A DNA stretch of 64,000 bases from an uncultured bacterium (GCA_963704645.1 OY969926.1:1124491-1188490), one strand, 5' to 3'. Positions 1 to 9,975 are shown, counted from the first letter of the stretch. The notes: generated from the sequence alone by a model not told the origin. A program made the numbers and translations.

Positions 1-1
1 A

Positions 2-562
2 GACCAAATTAGACAAGAACTTGCAATTTCCAATCAGCAAAGAGAAAATTATAGGTTGCAACTAGCTAATTTAGTTTCTAATTACGATCAACTTCAAACA
101 GAATTGGCCAATTTAAAAAGAGGCTCCGTTACTCCATTAAACGCTTCATTAACCACCAGCGGTTTTTCAAGAACCAGCCTTGCCAGCTTTAACGGAAACT
201 CAACCAGCGGAGCAAATACTCCCCAACAAAATTTACAGGTACCAATTCAGAATATGAATCAGCCTGTGAATCAATCTGGCATTAATTCTAGTAATAAACC
301 GTTTTGGCAAAGTAAAAAATTTGGGGCAAACTTATTGAACACAGTTTCTTCAATAGCATTAATTACCTGGCAAACAGCCCAAATAAAACCAGAAGACGAT
401 TGGGCAATTATTGGCACAAAACTAGGAACAGCTTTAGCTGGGGTGTTGGGAATTTCCTTTGTATCAAATCAATACATTAGAGCCCAGGGCAAGGTGGACG
501 AAGCCTCTTTTGCCGGAGTAGCAACCAATATTTTACAACAATTTCTAAAAGGAGGAAAGTAG
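2..562 (+). CDS. hypothetical protein, 5' end outside window (coiled-coil-like N part, Asn/Gln/Ser-rich linker, two hydrophobic C-terminal segments)
   Basis: Frame is open from base 2 (DQIRQELAISNQQRENYRLQLANL...). There is no in-frame stop before the TTG at 56 used by the ORF track. TAG stop at 560-562. Confidence 0.5.
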   Translation, partial: DQIRQELAISNQQRENYRLQLANLVSNYDQLQTELANLKRGSVTPLNASLTTSGFSRTSLASFNGNSTSGANTPQQNLQVPIQNMNQPVNQSGINSSNKPFWQSKKFGANLLNTVSSIALITWQTAQIKPEDDWAIIGTKLGTALAGVLGISFVSNQYIRAQGKVDEASFAGVATNILQQFLKGGK

Positions 563-807
563 CAAATATATATAGCTACAAATCAAACTAAACAAAGGCT
601 TTAAAGTATAAGCCAGTTAATTCGTTAAAGAAAATAACTTGTTAAGCCTACCTCAAGTATTTTTACATAAAACAAACAATAAGATACACTAGGGGCAGGA
701 CTAAAGGTTGGATAGAAGGAAGGAAAGTTTAATAATAAGCTAAGGCTTAATACAAGACTAATACTTTATAGAAACAACCATAATCAAAAAAAAATCAAAA
801 CAAAAAC

Positions 808-3800
808 ATGTCTAGTATAAACACTAAACCTAATTCTGGTATTGAATCTAAACCATTTCAAAAAAATACAAGTAATAAAAATATATTTAACTTTCTTAAA
901 AAGAAACCATCTAAAATATTACAATTTAGTTTTATTGCTCTAGTGTTGGGTATAATTAGTTTAGCAGCCTATTCAAGTTTAAATAATGGAAGAAATGTAG
1001 CTTTTGCAGCAAACGACCCAGTAATAAGCTTAGCCTTATCTCAAAAGTCTGGAACAGCTCCTTTTGACTCGGGAACTTGTACAACCGGTGGAACAAGCTA
1101 CACACCAGGACAAGATGTTTGTGATGCAGATAATGTTGTTAGAACTTTAGATACTGTGGAGTATACTTGGACGGTGTCTGTTACTAGCGACCCTGCAAAT
1201 AATGTTACTGTGGTTCAGACATTGCCTTCACAGATGATTTGGAATTCAGCTACTCTTCCTGTATTTTGTAGAACAGGAGCAGGATTTAACCCCCAATCTA
1301 GCTACAGTGGCCAGACACTTACTTGTAATCTAGGGTCTTTTACAGCCGGAACTTCTACTACAACAAATTATGACCAGATATTTGCTAAGGTTAAAGGAGA
1401 TAATCTTAACTCTACAAATATATTGACAGCACCAATTACTGCCAATGCTGATTCTAATGTTACAGCCGGTACTAGGACAGCTAACTCAACTTCTAATACC
1501 TTAAGTCCATTGGCAATTAGTGCATCACCTAGATATGATTTAGTAGTTTTTACAACCAACCCTTCTGAATATTCAATAAGAAATAATCCTCAAGGAGATG
1601 TAGGCATAGTTGTGTCTGGAGTTGCCTCAATTAAATTACAAGGAAAAGGTGTTGAAATGCCCCAACAACCGTTTAGTTTTAACTTGGGACTTGAATATCT
1701 AACACCTGTATCATCTGGCCAAACTTATTCAGGCGCTAAACTATATGATTGGGACACAAATTTGCTTGGTTGCTCAGGGACAGTAAACACTGTAGGCGCA
1801 GCGGATTATCCATCAAAAAATTTAAACTGCACCCAAACCGCACCTGGCGACACTGTATCCCTAATAGTAAATAATCAAGACTTGTCTGGTACAAATGCAC
1901 CTGCTACAATTTTCGCCAATGTTGTAAACTTTCCTAACATAGACATATTTTCACAGAAAGTTCGTTTTTGGATACCCAAGACTGATTTTGATAAATTATC
2001 TGGAACAAATTTTCAGTTTAGAGCTGTAGGATCAAATTTTAATCCAGTGAGTATTTCTGGTGGTTCAAATAATGGCACTGGAATAGAATCAAATACCTTG
2101 AACAACGTAGGGAGTGTTACAACTTTTGGATATAATCCAGCAAACCCTCTCTCTGGTGTATATCAGCTATCAGATTTTGGAGGCCCTTCAGGAGATCTTA
2201 GAATATCTTCTGGCTTTCAGGTTTACACACTAAATGAATTAGGTAGAATAAGTGTAACACTTCTCAGTGCTGGATTGTTTAACACAGAAAATGCTTTAGA
2301 TTTATGTACAGCAATTGACCCAACAATAGGTAGAGTGGCCGGGGATGTAGCTCTTCCAGCAGACCCTCAAAACATATATGCAGATTTTTCTAATTCAATA
2401 ATTGAGTATGCGAATGTGAATGGATTTCCAGCCACCTCTTGTGACGACATAGGAACAACATGGGTTACTTCCCCAAACATTTCAAGCATAGGAGGTTTTG
2501 ATAATGTCACTCGAGTAAGAATTAAAAATATAAACAGACTTTCTCCTGGTATTCAGACTATTTTAAATATACCTTTTAGGTTTAACAATTCAGTACCGAA
2601 CTTAGATGTTTTAGTCAGTCCTTATCAAACAATAATTAAATCTGCTACTGCCACAGCTGGGAATTGGCAAATAGTCGGCCAAAGTAGAGAAAAAATAGTT
2701 GTTAAAATGATACCAAGGGTAAATTTTTCTATTTTAAATGATACTCCAAACAACAATACAACTACAGTACTTTTGAACAATCCAGCTGGTGGTAGTAACA
2801 CTGTAAAATACTCTTTAAAATATGGTAGTTTTTCCCAAACTTCAAATACAACTGACACCACTAGTATTTCATACAGACTTAGACTTCCAAAAGGCCAAAT
2901 TTATTTAGTAGGTTCAAGTAGGCAAGGAGTGCCTACAGTTATGGCAGCCGGGCAGCCCGCTGAGACAAGTAATTTATTTGAACCAAGTAGTATAATTACT
3001 AATCTAGATGGAACTCAAGATATTCAATGGGACATATCTAATCTGCCTCTAAATAATCCTCAAAGTACTTATCCGAACTTGACTTTTAAAACTGTTGTTT
3101 CAGCTTTTACACCAAATGGCTCCATATTAAGTAATTCTGTAACTACTTTGAGTCCAGATTATTTCAATTCCACTGTAAGCCCTGCTTGTGGATCAGGCTG
3201 TTCATTACCCCAATCCACAATAACCGTCCAAAACCTATCCTCCTTCGCGGTAGAACAAGTTCCAAATAATCCACTGATTGAAAAGAATAAAGATCTTGGT
3301 TTCACACTTCGTTATGGTAATTTGGATACACTTAACCCTGTAGCTTCCTCAACGCATATTAATGTATTTCCTTTTAGCGCTCAAACACCACCACGCTCTC
3401 CTGCCACCTCCTTTACAGGTAATCTTGTTTTCAAAGGTTTAGTTGTAGCTCCAAATAGTGCTAGTTCAGACCCTGCTGTGGTTAATACTAATGACAACAT
3501 AACAGGTGGTGCTGGTACTGTTCAATATACTAAAGCAGTAAGTAGTAGTAGTATAGCTTCTGATCCATGTGATGTTAGTAACAATCCTGCTGGCTCGCCC
3601 GTAAACACTAATCCAAGATGTGCTGGTGTAGATGGTTCTGTAATTGGCACAGGAAGCACTATCTGGTGTGATGCTTCTCTAGATCCTGCTACTCCTAGTA
3701 TTAAAAACTACTCAATCTTAAACAATGCTGGAGTTTATTCTGGAACCAATGGAGCAAACTCTTCAACTTGTCCTACTACTCTTTCTGAAGTAACGGCTTT

Positions 3801-6654
3801 TAGATTAGTTACAGGCTCTCTTCCTATTGCTTCTGGTTCTGGTGGAACTATCTATGAAGTTAAAGCTAACTTTGGTACTAATGGAAATACCAATAGTAAT
3901 ATCTACACTAACTTATCTCAAGCCAGAGCTGAAGGTATTGCTACAGTTGCTACATCTAATAGTGCAGTAACCAGAGTAAGTAGTGGAAGTGTAAGTGGAA
4001 ATATATTTAATGATAAAGACAGCAATGGAATAAAAGATATTCTAGCTACTATTCCTAATCCAAACTTTGATCCAGGCCTACCAACTGATCCTATCTCCAA
4101 CCCTGAAACTATCACCAACCCAGAAAGTGACTTTGATCTTAGTGGGGTAAGCGTAGAACTAAGATACGGTACTGGTAATTTAGATGAAAACAACCTTCCA
4201 ATTGCTGAGGGAAGTTTAATTACAACTGTAACTACTGATTCAACTGGAAACTACACTTTCCCTAATATCTCAAGCGGTAACTACACCGTAGTTGTACTTC
4301 AAAACGGTATTCCTCTTTCTATTCAAACTACAGACAAAGACTTTGCATTAGACTTAGCTGCTAATCCAGGCTCTCCAAACAATACTCTTTTAGATAACTC
4401 AACGCCAATTACTTTAACATATACCAACGGAGTGGGTGTAAACAATATTTCTAATGCAAACTTTGGATACAACCAATACAGCAGACTTACTGGTAAACTT
4501 TATGCTGATACAAATAACAATGGAATTCAAGATGATGGAAGTGTAAATGGTAACCCAGCTGAACCAGACTTTAACTCTACCACTAATCTAATTCCAACTG
4601 GTACCAGTGTAGTTATTACTTCTACAACAACACCAAGTATTACTTACACTTTAACTACAGCAACATCTTCTACAGTTGTAAGTGGCTTTACTACAGGCAG
4701 CATTAACAACAGCGGTGTTGGTTCAAGTTTTGGATCCTTTTCTCAAGACTTACCTGTAGGAGAATATACCGTAACTGTTCTTACCGCCAATCCTAAATAC
4801 ATTGTTTCAGTTTCAACTCAGCTTGGTGATGCTGTTGGAGCTAACCCAAGTACACTAACTGTTAGCTTTGGTCAAACAAGAAGTTCTGGAAATGATGGAT
4901 TACACCTTGTTCAAATTCAAAATACAGATATTGACTCTATTGCTTGTAACCCAACTACAACAAATGTTGATACAACCACAGATTGTACTGTTACTTTAGT
5001 AGCCGGTAGAAACTTTAATGCTTTAAGTGGAAGTATAGACTTTAGAATAGGCGATGGAATTGCAGGACAAGGTGGAACTGTTAAAACCTGCTCTATTCCT
5101 GTTACTGGTAATGGAGGAACTGGCAGTGATGGAACTATTACAGTTACAACTTTAACTTGTACGGGTATAACTGTAGGAAGTAATATTGGTATTTTCCCAG
5201 CAAGTTTTAAAACAAGCAACGATACAACTTTCATTACAGGATCAAGCCCAACTAATATTACAGTAATTAATACAATTCAACCTAGTGATATTGACAGCAT
5301 AGTTTGCCAAAGTCCTAAAGTAGTTAATGCAACTACAGACTGTGTTGTTACTCTAACTGCCAATGCCGTAAGTAGTAACAGAGCCTTTAACAATTTAACT
5401 GGTAGTATTGCTCTTAAAATATCTGATGGTATACTTTTAACTTGTCCTAACTTTGCATCGTCTACTTCACCTTTTAACACTCTAAATTGTAATGCAGTTT
5501 CTGTAGGAAGCTTAATAAGTTCTGGAAATGGATATACTGTGAACTATGCTCTTAATGCTAGCACAACTACAACTGACGCACCTAATACTCCAAGTAAAAG
5601 CAATTATGTAGTGGTTAACAATACAATTCAACCTTCTAACCTATCTAGTGTGGTTTGTGATAGTCCTAAACTAATTAACCAAACAACAGACTGTGTAGTT
5701 ACTTTGGTAAGTGGAAATAGTTTTGCTAACTTATCTGGTGACATTAAAATTAAGATTAATGATGGACTTGAAACCTCATGCCCTGCCTTCTCTTCCTCAA
5801 TTACTCCGTTTAACACCTTAACATGTACAGTAATTCCAGTAGGAACTTTAATTGGAACTTTCAAACCGGCCTATAGTTTAAGTAGTTCAGCAGCAATAGA
5901 CACATTAAGTACTGATGTGGTTGTTTCTAATCCAGTTGATGAAACTATCTTGTCTAATCCATCAACTACAATTAATTGCCAAACAAATCAAATAAACTCT
6001 ATTACAACTTGCACTTTCACTCTTCCTACAAATACTACTTTAGCCTCAGGATTAAAACTAGGTATTGGAGATTCTACACCAGCAGGAACTTGTATAGTAA
6101 CTAATGCAACTACAGAAGAAGTAACTTGTACAGGTGTACCAACAGGATCTTTAATAGGGCAACAAATTATTAAAGTGCAGATAGCCTCTGCAGCTGTGGT
6201 AGATACAACTAGTACTGCACTAGTAACAGACACTCCTTGTTCAACAACCAATCCTTGTGCTATTCTAGATTCTAGTCTAACCTACAACCCAACCCAAGCC
6301 CTAGCCAAAAGATATGGAGCTTCTGGTTCTACAAACTCAGATAACCTAATACTAACTCTAAAAGATACAAGATTAGAACAATCTGGATTTACTACAACAT
6401 GTTCCATAAAATATAAATTCAGAACAGATACAAGCTACAGAATATTAACAACAAACTCTACCTACAATAATACTACAGGATGTACAGGAAACCTTCTTAA
6501 AGCAAATCAACTATTATTCAATGTAGACTTTGAAATAACTGCAATAACTACAAATACAACTACAAACACTACAAAGAACTATCTAATCTATTCCAACTAC
6601 GATTTCAAAGCTGGTTCTATTGGAGTTACTTCTATTGGAGGAAGTGGGTTGTAG
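808..6654 (+). CDS. giant membrane-anchored surface protein (1948 aa) with SdrD/Cna-B-like segments and Cys-containing tandem Ig-like repeats
   Basis: Single long ORF. Lys-rich N-tail followed by a TM helix (ILQFSFIALVLGIISLAAY). Thr/Ser/Asn-rich beta-type composition. Motifs GNIFNDKDSNGIKD, GKLYADTNNNGIQDD and GNYTFPNISSGNYTVVV. Four ~105-120-aa repeats (IQxxDIDSIxC..TTDCxVTL..) at about 4905-6230. Confidence 0.85.
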   Translation: MSSINTKPNSGIESKPFQKNTSNKNIFNFLKKKPSKILQFSFIALVLGIISLAAYSSLNNGRNVAFAANDPVISLALSQKSGTAPFDSGTCTTGGTSYTPGQDVCDADNVVRTLDTVEYTWTVSVTSDPANNVTVVQTLPSQMIWNSATLPVFCRTGAGFNPQSSYSGQTLTCNLGSFTAGTSTTTNYDQIFAKVKGDNLNSTNILTAPITANADSNVTAGTRTANSTSNTLSPLAISASPRYDLVVFTTNPSEYSIRNNPQGDVGIVVSGVASIKLQGKGVEMPQQPFSFNLGLEYLTPVSSGQTYSGAKLYDWDTNLLGCSGTVNTVGAADYPSKNLNCTQTAPGDTVSLIVNNQDLSGTNAPATIFANVVNFPNIDIFSQKVRFWIPKTDFDKLSGTNFQFRAVGSNFNPVSISGGSNNGTGIESNTLNNVGSVTTFGYNPANPLSGVYQLSDFGGPSGDLRISSGFQVYTLNELGRISVTLLSAGLFNTENALDLCTAIDPTIGRVAGDVALPADPQNIYADFSNSIIEYANVNGFPATSCDDIGTTWVTSPNISSIGGFDNVTRVRIKNINRLSPGIQTILNIPFRFNNSVPNLDVLVSPYQTIIKSATATAGNWQIVGQSREKIVVKMIPRVNFSILNDTPNNNTTTVLLNNPAGGSNTVKYSLKYGSFSQTSNTTDTTSISYRLRLPKGQIYLVGSSRQGVPTVMAAGQPAETSNLFEPSSIITNLDGTQDIQWDISNLPLNNPQSTYPNLTFKTVVSAFTPNGSILSNSVTTLSPDYFNSTVSPACGSGCSLPQSTITVQNLSSFAVEQVPNNPLIEKNKDLGFTLRYGNLDTLNPVASSTHINVFPFSAQTPPRSPATSFTGNLVFKGLVVAPNSASSDPAVVNTNDNITGGAGTVQYTKAVSSSSIASDPCDVSNNPAGSPVNTNPRCAGVDGSVIGTGSTIWCDASLDPATPSIKNYSILNNAGVYSGTNGANSSTCPTTLSEVTAFRLVTGSLPIASGSGGTIYEVKANFGTNGNTNSNIYTNLSQARAEGIATVATSNSAVTRVSSGSVSGNIFNDKDSNGIKDILATIPNPNFDPGLPTDPISNPETITNPESDFDLSGVSVELRYGTGNLDENNLPIAEGSLITTVTTDSTGNYTFPNISSGNYTVVVLQNGIPLSIQTTDKDFALDLAANPGSPNNTLLDNSTPITLTYTNGVGVNNISNANFGYNQYSRLTGKLYADTNNNGIQDDGSVNGNPAEPDFNSTTNLIPTGTSVVITSTTTPSITYTLTTATSSTVVSGFTTGSINNSGVGSSFGSFSQDLPVGEYTVTVLTANPKYIVSVSTQLGDAVGANPSTLTVSFGQTRSSGNDGLHLVQIQNTDIDSIACNPTTTNVDTTTDCTVTLVAGRNFNALSGSIDFRIGDGIAGQGGTVKTCSIPVTGNGGTGSDGTITVTTLTCTGITVGSNIGIFPASFKTSNDTTFITGSSPTNITVINTIQPSDIDSIVCQSPKVVNATTDCVVTLTANAVSSNRAFNNLTGSIALKISDGILLTCPNFASSTSPFNTLNCNAVSVGSLISSGNGYTVNYALNASTTTTDAPNTPSKSNYVVVNNTIQPSNLSSVVCDSPKLINQTTDCVVTLVSGNSFANLSGDIKIKINDGLETSCPAFSSSITPFNTLTCTVIPVGTLIGTFKPAYSLSSSAAIDTLSTDVVVSNPVDETILSNPSTTINCQTNQINSITTCTFTLPTNTTLASGLKLGIGDSTPAGTCIVTNATTEEVTCTGVPTGSLIGQQIIKVQIASAAVVDTTSTALVTDTPCSTTNPCAILDSSLTYNPTQALAKRYGASGSTNSDNLILTLKDTRLEQSGFTTTCSIKYKFRTDTSYRILTTNSTYNNTTGCTGNLLKANQLLFNVDFEITAITTNTTTNTTKNYLIYSNYDFKAGSIGVTSIGGSGL

Positions 6655-6713
6655 GGGGTAATCCAAAAATGAAATTGAGGTATAAAGGTAATCCCTTAAC
6701 TCCACAACGCTGT

Positions 6714-6736
6714 GTAGGGGAGATACCTTATCTCCC
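6714..6736 (+). repeat. GTAG-hairpin (REP-like) unit GTAGGGGAGATA-CCT-TATCTCCC
   Basis: GTAG followed by a perfect 8-bp stem (6718-6725 / 6729-6736). Confidence 0.6.
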
Positions 6737-6865
6737 TGGGTAAATGAAGGGAAAGGAGGGGAGGTAAAGGACAAACCACCAATCGTAACTTCCTCGTTTC
6801 CTCACCCCCCCACACACCCAAACTACCCCCAAGCCTTTGGCTTGACCCCTTCGGGCAAACATGTC

Positions 6866-6884
6866 GGTTGAAACAAGTTCAACC
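6866..6884. repeat. hairpin GGTTGAA-ACAAG-TTCAACC (same loop and inner stem as hairpins at 9571 and 10584)
   Basis: Perfect 7-bp stem. The ACAAG loop and TGAA/TTCA inner stem are shared with the other two copies. The outer 3 bp are changed in a compensatory way. Confidence 0.55.
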
Positions 6885-7015
6885 TGCGCCAGTTTACTTA
6901 CCAGGGGTACTTTTTATGTAGTAGCTTTCCCAGCACCCCTATCTAGGCACGACTGTCCCGTTCTTGATAATTTTTACCAAAACCTAATTAAGAAGAAATG
7001 ATAGGTAGGCAACCC

Positions 7016-8392
7016 CTACTTCAACAACTTCAAAACTTCTTGTTCGCGAATTGTAGTAAACTTAATTGTTGGGTTTAGGTTCATTTTTAAAGCGTTGGCG
7101 GTTTTGGTTCTAGTTTCAATTTGGGTTGGTGTACGTAAGTTTCCGCTTAAAGTTAGTCTTCCCGAAAAAATTGGTAAAGTACTACTTTTAAACCAGTTTT
7201 TTACATCTAAATTAAATGTGGAAGAAAGAATAGCAACCATTATGGCCAAGTCTAAATTTTCGTCTGGGTTTGAATTTGGCCAGCCAGAAATTTGTAAGTA
7301 AACGTCTCTTCCAGTTAAGTCTAGGTTTAAATATTTTTCGCAAATAGCCAAAATTGTATTTAGCTTGGCCGTTTTTATTCCCAAAGCTTCTCTTCGTCCA
7401 AAAAAGTTTCCTGCGCCTGCCGTTTTAGCTGGAGTTACCAAAGCTTGAATTTCAACAACCAAAGGCAAATCTCCGTCTAAAGCCAAGCCGTAAGCAACGC
7501 CCATTCCACTTTCAGTGTTACCAAGCAAGGCCAAACTTGGGTTAGTAATAACTTCCAAACCAGACGCACCCATATTCATAAGCATGGTTGGTGTGGTTGG
7601 GCCGTACCTATGTTTATTAAAACGTAAACTTCTAAAATTGCCCACATTGGCGTTTTCTAAAATTAAAACAGAATCTACTAAGTGCTCTAGGGTTTTAGGG
7701 CCTGCAATTTGTCCTTCTTTAGTAACGTGCCCAATTATTATAATTGCCATGTTTTTATTCTTACTTAAAGCCAATAAATGACTGGCTAAAGTTGTTACCT
7801 GACTAACCGAACCAGGAGCAGTTTCAAGGTTGGCTGTAAAAATTGTTTGAATAGAATCTACCACCAAAACATCGAAATTAAAACTGGCCAATTTACCTTC
7901 CATTTCTTCATAGGAATTGGTTTGCAAAATGTTTAAAGTTTCTGGAATACCAAGTCGTTTAGCCCGTTTAGCAATTTCCAAGGCCGATTCTTCTGCAGTT
8001 AAGTAGCAAACTTGTAAATTAGAATTTAGCTTATTTTGTAGAAGCGAACGGACCAGCTGTAAAGCCAAAGTGCTTTTACCAAGACCAGGTTCACCCGCTA
8101 ACAAAGTTAAACTAGCTGGCACTAAACCACCACCCCAAAATTGGTTTAGCATTGCCGCTTCAAACTTAAACAAAGGTGATAAATTTACATCTTCTAACCT
8201 AGAATACAATTTTTCAAGTTTTGTAATTTGATTATTCTGAATAGACGGTTGCTTTTTGCTGGTAGCATTTATTGGCGAAACTGTTTCTTCCACAAAACTA
8301 TTCCAACTGTCACAACTGGGGCATTTACCAACCCACTTAGCAGTTTTAAAATTACAGTTAGAACAAACAAAAACACTTTTAGCTAAGGCCAT
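7016..8392 (-). CDS. radA: DNA repair protein RadA/Sms
   Basis: N-terminal Zn-finger CSNCNFKTAKWVGKCPSCDSWNSF. Walker A GEPGLGKST. KNRFG-like box RFNKHRYG. Lon-protease-like C-terminal domain. 458 aa. Confidence 0.95.
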   Translation of the reverse strand: MALAKSVFVCSNCNFKTAKWVGKCPSCDSWNSFVEETVSPINATSKKQPSIQNNQITKLEKLYSRLEDVNLSPLFKFEAAMLNQFWGGGLVPASLTLLAGEPGLGKSTLALQLVRSLLQNKLNSNLQVCYLTAEESALEIAKRAKRLGIPETLNILQTNSYEEMEGKLASFNFDVLVVDSIQTIFTANLETAPGSVSQVTTLASHLLALSKNKNMAIIIIGHVTKEGQIAGPKTLEHLVDSVLILENANVGNFRSLRFNKHRYGPTTPTMLMNMGASGLEVITNPSLALLGNTESGMGVAYGLALDGDLPLVVEIQALVTPAKTAGAGNFFGRREALGIKTAKLNTILAICEKYLNLDLTGRDVYLQISGWPNSNPDENLDLAIMVAILSSTFNLDVKNWFKSSTLPIFSGRLTLSGNLRTPTQIETRTKTANALKMNLNPTIKFTTIREQEVLKLLK

Positions 8393-8489
8393 ATTTTAAT
8401 GTGAGATGGTAAGTGGGAAATGTAAAGAGTTGCTTTGGAAGATTAATTTGAAAGTTTATTAAGCCTAGACAAATGAGTACTGTCACCCT

Positions 8490-9569
8490 TGTATATGTCA
8501 TAAATTTCAGTGACAGAATTTAAATCTTCTTTTAGATTATTTCTGTTAAATTTTTAACAACATACATTCTAACATAATATGCGTTTAAATGATAATACTT
8601 TAACCAAGAATTACCTTAGACATATGAAACAATTAGTTCAAGAATATGAATTAATTAAAACAAGGAAACATCCTAGATATGTATTTGTAAATGAATTCTA
8701 CAAAGCAAATAATATAACTAGACAAAACTTCATCAAATATTACAATAGGTATAAATTAGTCTCTATGGATAGTAGTTTAATTCCAAAGAAAAGAGGAAGA
8801 AAGTTTGGTAGTTTAAAAAGTATTCCCTTTATACAGAATAAGATTATTGAACTTAGAAACCAAGGATTTGGTAGATATGAGATACACGATTTCCTTTTAC
8901 CTAAGTATGGTAAATATACTCCTTCACCTACGACTATTTACAATATACTATTAAAGAAAGGATTGAATAGATTAGATCCAAGAGTAATTCAAACTAACAA
9001 AAGAAGAATCATTAAAGATAAAGCAGGAGAATTAGGCCATATGGATTGCCACAGACTAGCTAAAGGAATACTGGAGGGTGAAAAGAATGAATACTTTCTA
9101 CTAAGCTTAACAGATGACTTTACTAGAATAGTTATGACCATACTAATACCTAATCTACAAGCTCTAACAGTTATGCTTTATACTCAAAGATTATTAGCAG
9201 TATTCAATAGATGTTACAACATAGATTTTCAAAGTATATTAACAGACAATGGACCCGAATTTGGAAGGAAAGAAACAAAAGAAGAAAACAAACAAAACCA
9301 TCCATTTGAAAGATTACTGTTAGAATACAACATTAAGCATAAGTACACTAGAGCCTACAGGCCACAAACCAATGGTAAAGTAGAAAGATTCTGGAGAAGT
9401 TTAGAGGAAGAATTACTTAGAGAGCAAGTATACCCAGATAAAGAAAGTTTAGAAGAAGAATTATTTGAATATTGTTGCTACTTCAACCATATTAGAAGAC
9501 ATCAAGGTATTGGTAATATTACTCCCTATGAGAAACTTAATTCTGTCACTGAATAAGTTGACATATACA
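8490..9569 (+). mobile_element. IS481-family-like insertion sequence (about 1.08 kb, single transposase ORF)
   Basis: Imperfect terminal inverted repeats TGTATATGTCA...CAGTGACAGAATT (8490-8520) and AATTCTGTCACTG...TGACATATACA (9539-9569). TGT termini. One DDE ORF fills the element. Confidence 0.8.
8579..9556 (+). CDS. IS481/IS3-type DDE transposase (integrase core domain)
   Basis: HTH-like N-terminus. DDE triad context HMDCHRL, LTDNGPEFG and RPQTNGKVERFWRSL. 325 aa. Confidence 0.9.
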   Translation: MRLNDNTLTKNYLRHMKQLVQEYELIKTRKHPRYVFVNEFYKANNITRQNFIKYYNRYKLVSMDSSLIPKKRGRKFGSLKSIPFIQNKIIELRNQGFGRYEIHDFLLPKYGKYTPSPTTIYNILLKKGLNRLDPRVIQTNKRRIIKDKAGELGHMDCHRLAKGILEGEKNEYFLLSLTDDFTRIVMTILIPNLQALTVMLYTQRLLAVFNRCYNIDFQSILTDNGPEFGRKETKEENKQNHPFERLLLEYNIKHKYTRAYRPQTNGKVERFWRSLEEELLREQVYPDKESLEEELFEYCCYFNHIRRHQGIGNITPYEKLNSVTE

Positions 9570-9570
9570 G

Positions 9571-9589
9571 CCCTGAACTTGTTTCAGGG
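9571..9589. repeat. hairpin CCCTGAA-CTTGT-TTCAGGG abutting the IS right end
   Basis: Perfect 7-bp stem. With its flank (to 9595) it is the reverse complement of 10578-10602 apart from 1 mismatch. Confidence 0.7.
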
Positions 9590-9640
9590 TCTAAGCCTGG
9601 AGTGGTCGATATTCGAATTACAAACTGGAGTTTTTCGCCC

Positions 9641-9677
9641 AAAAAATTAAGAGCTCTAGCGTATTTACTAGAACTCT
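9641..9677 (-). terminator. rho-independent terminator of small-ORF cassette A
   Basis: 10-bp stem AGAGCTCTAG/CTAGAACTCT. Its one mismatch is a G-U wobble only on the minus-strand RNA. It is followed on the minus strand by a T6 run. Confidence 0.6.
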
Positions 9678-9686
9678 TTTGGCGAC

Positions 9687-9899
9687 CTAAATTTTAGTAT
9701 ATCCATTAGGGGGCATTGAGTCTTTAGCTATTGCAATTACTTCATAAAAGTGGCCATCAGTGGCACTTGGGTTGTACTTGTAATAATATTCGTGATAGGG
9801 TATAGATGCCACCCACTCAGAAACATCATAACCCAATCTACCAGTGTTACTGTCTCTTACAAAAACAACTTTTCCGGTTTTAGCACCTGTAGTGATCAT
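9687..9899 (-). CDS. small hypothetical protein, cassette A (70 aa, ends PPNGYTKI)
   Basis: ATG start with its own promoter-like and terminator elements duplicated at cassette B. The C-terminal octapeptide is shared with ORF 10022-10261. Confidence 0.5.
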   Translation of the reverse strand: MITTGAKTGKVVFVRDSNTGRLGYDVSEWVASIPYHEYYYKYNPSATDGHFYEVIAIAKDSMPPNGYTKI

Positions 9900-9975
9900 T
9901 GTTAATTTACCTAATTTTACGCTGCCTTATATTTAAAGCACACAAAAACACATTTAACAAGTGAGATTTCTTGGT

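Larger units (their letters stand above)
6651..7019. other. GC-rich, hairpin-dense intergenic island bounded by inverted GTAGGGG motifs (REPIN/MITE-like element or structured ncRNA; class unresolved)
   Basis: About 50% GC by eye versus about one-third in the flanks. The + strand is C-rich. Hairpins at 6718-6736, 6830-6844, 6866-6884 and 6903-6940. Termini are GTAGGGG at 6651-6657 and its complement at 7013-7019. Confidence 0.5.

Noticed and set aside
1368-6251. Seven antisense ORFs of 63-105 aa inside the 1948-aa gene (1368-1559, 2625-2861, 3918-4193, 4917-5234, 5277-5480, 5628-5864, 5988-6251).
   Set aside because: All lie opposite one continuous, domain-bearing ORF. Their translations are low-complexity Leu/Val/Pro/Ser strings typical of shadow frames of Thr/Asn/Gly-rich genes.
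6583-6774. 63-aa minus-strand ORF in the GC-rich island.
   Set aside because: It overlaps the 3' end of the giant gene and crosses perfect hairpins. It is more plausibly non-coding structured sequence.
6745-6975. Possible RNase P RNA. There are by-eye resemblances to CR-I and neighbouring helices on the minus strand, and to GGAGGGGAGG.AAAG / CUAG..GACUGUCC on the plus strand.
   Set aside because: The near-invariant GGAAAGUCC and ACAGAA.CCGGCUUA blocks are absent on both strands, and the segment is short for a bacterial P RNA. I kept it only as a hypothesis to test with covariance models.
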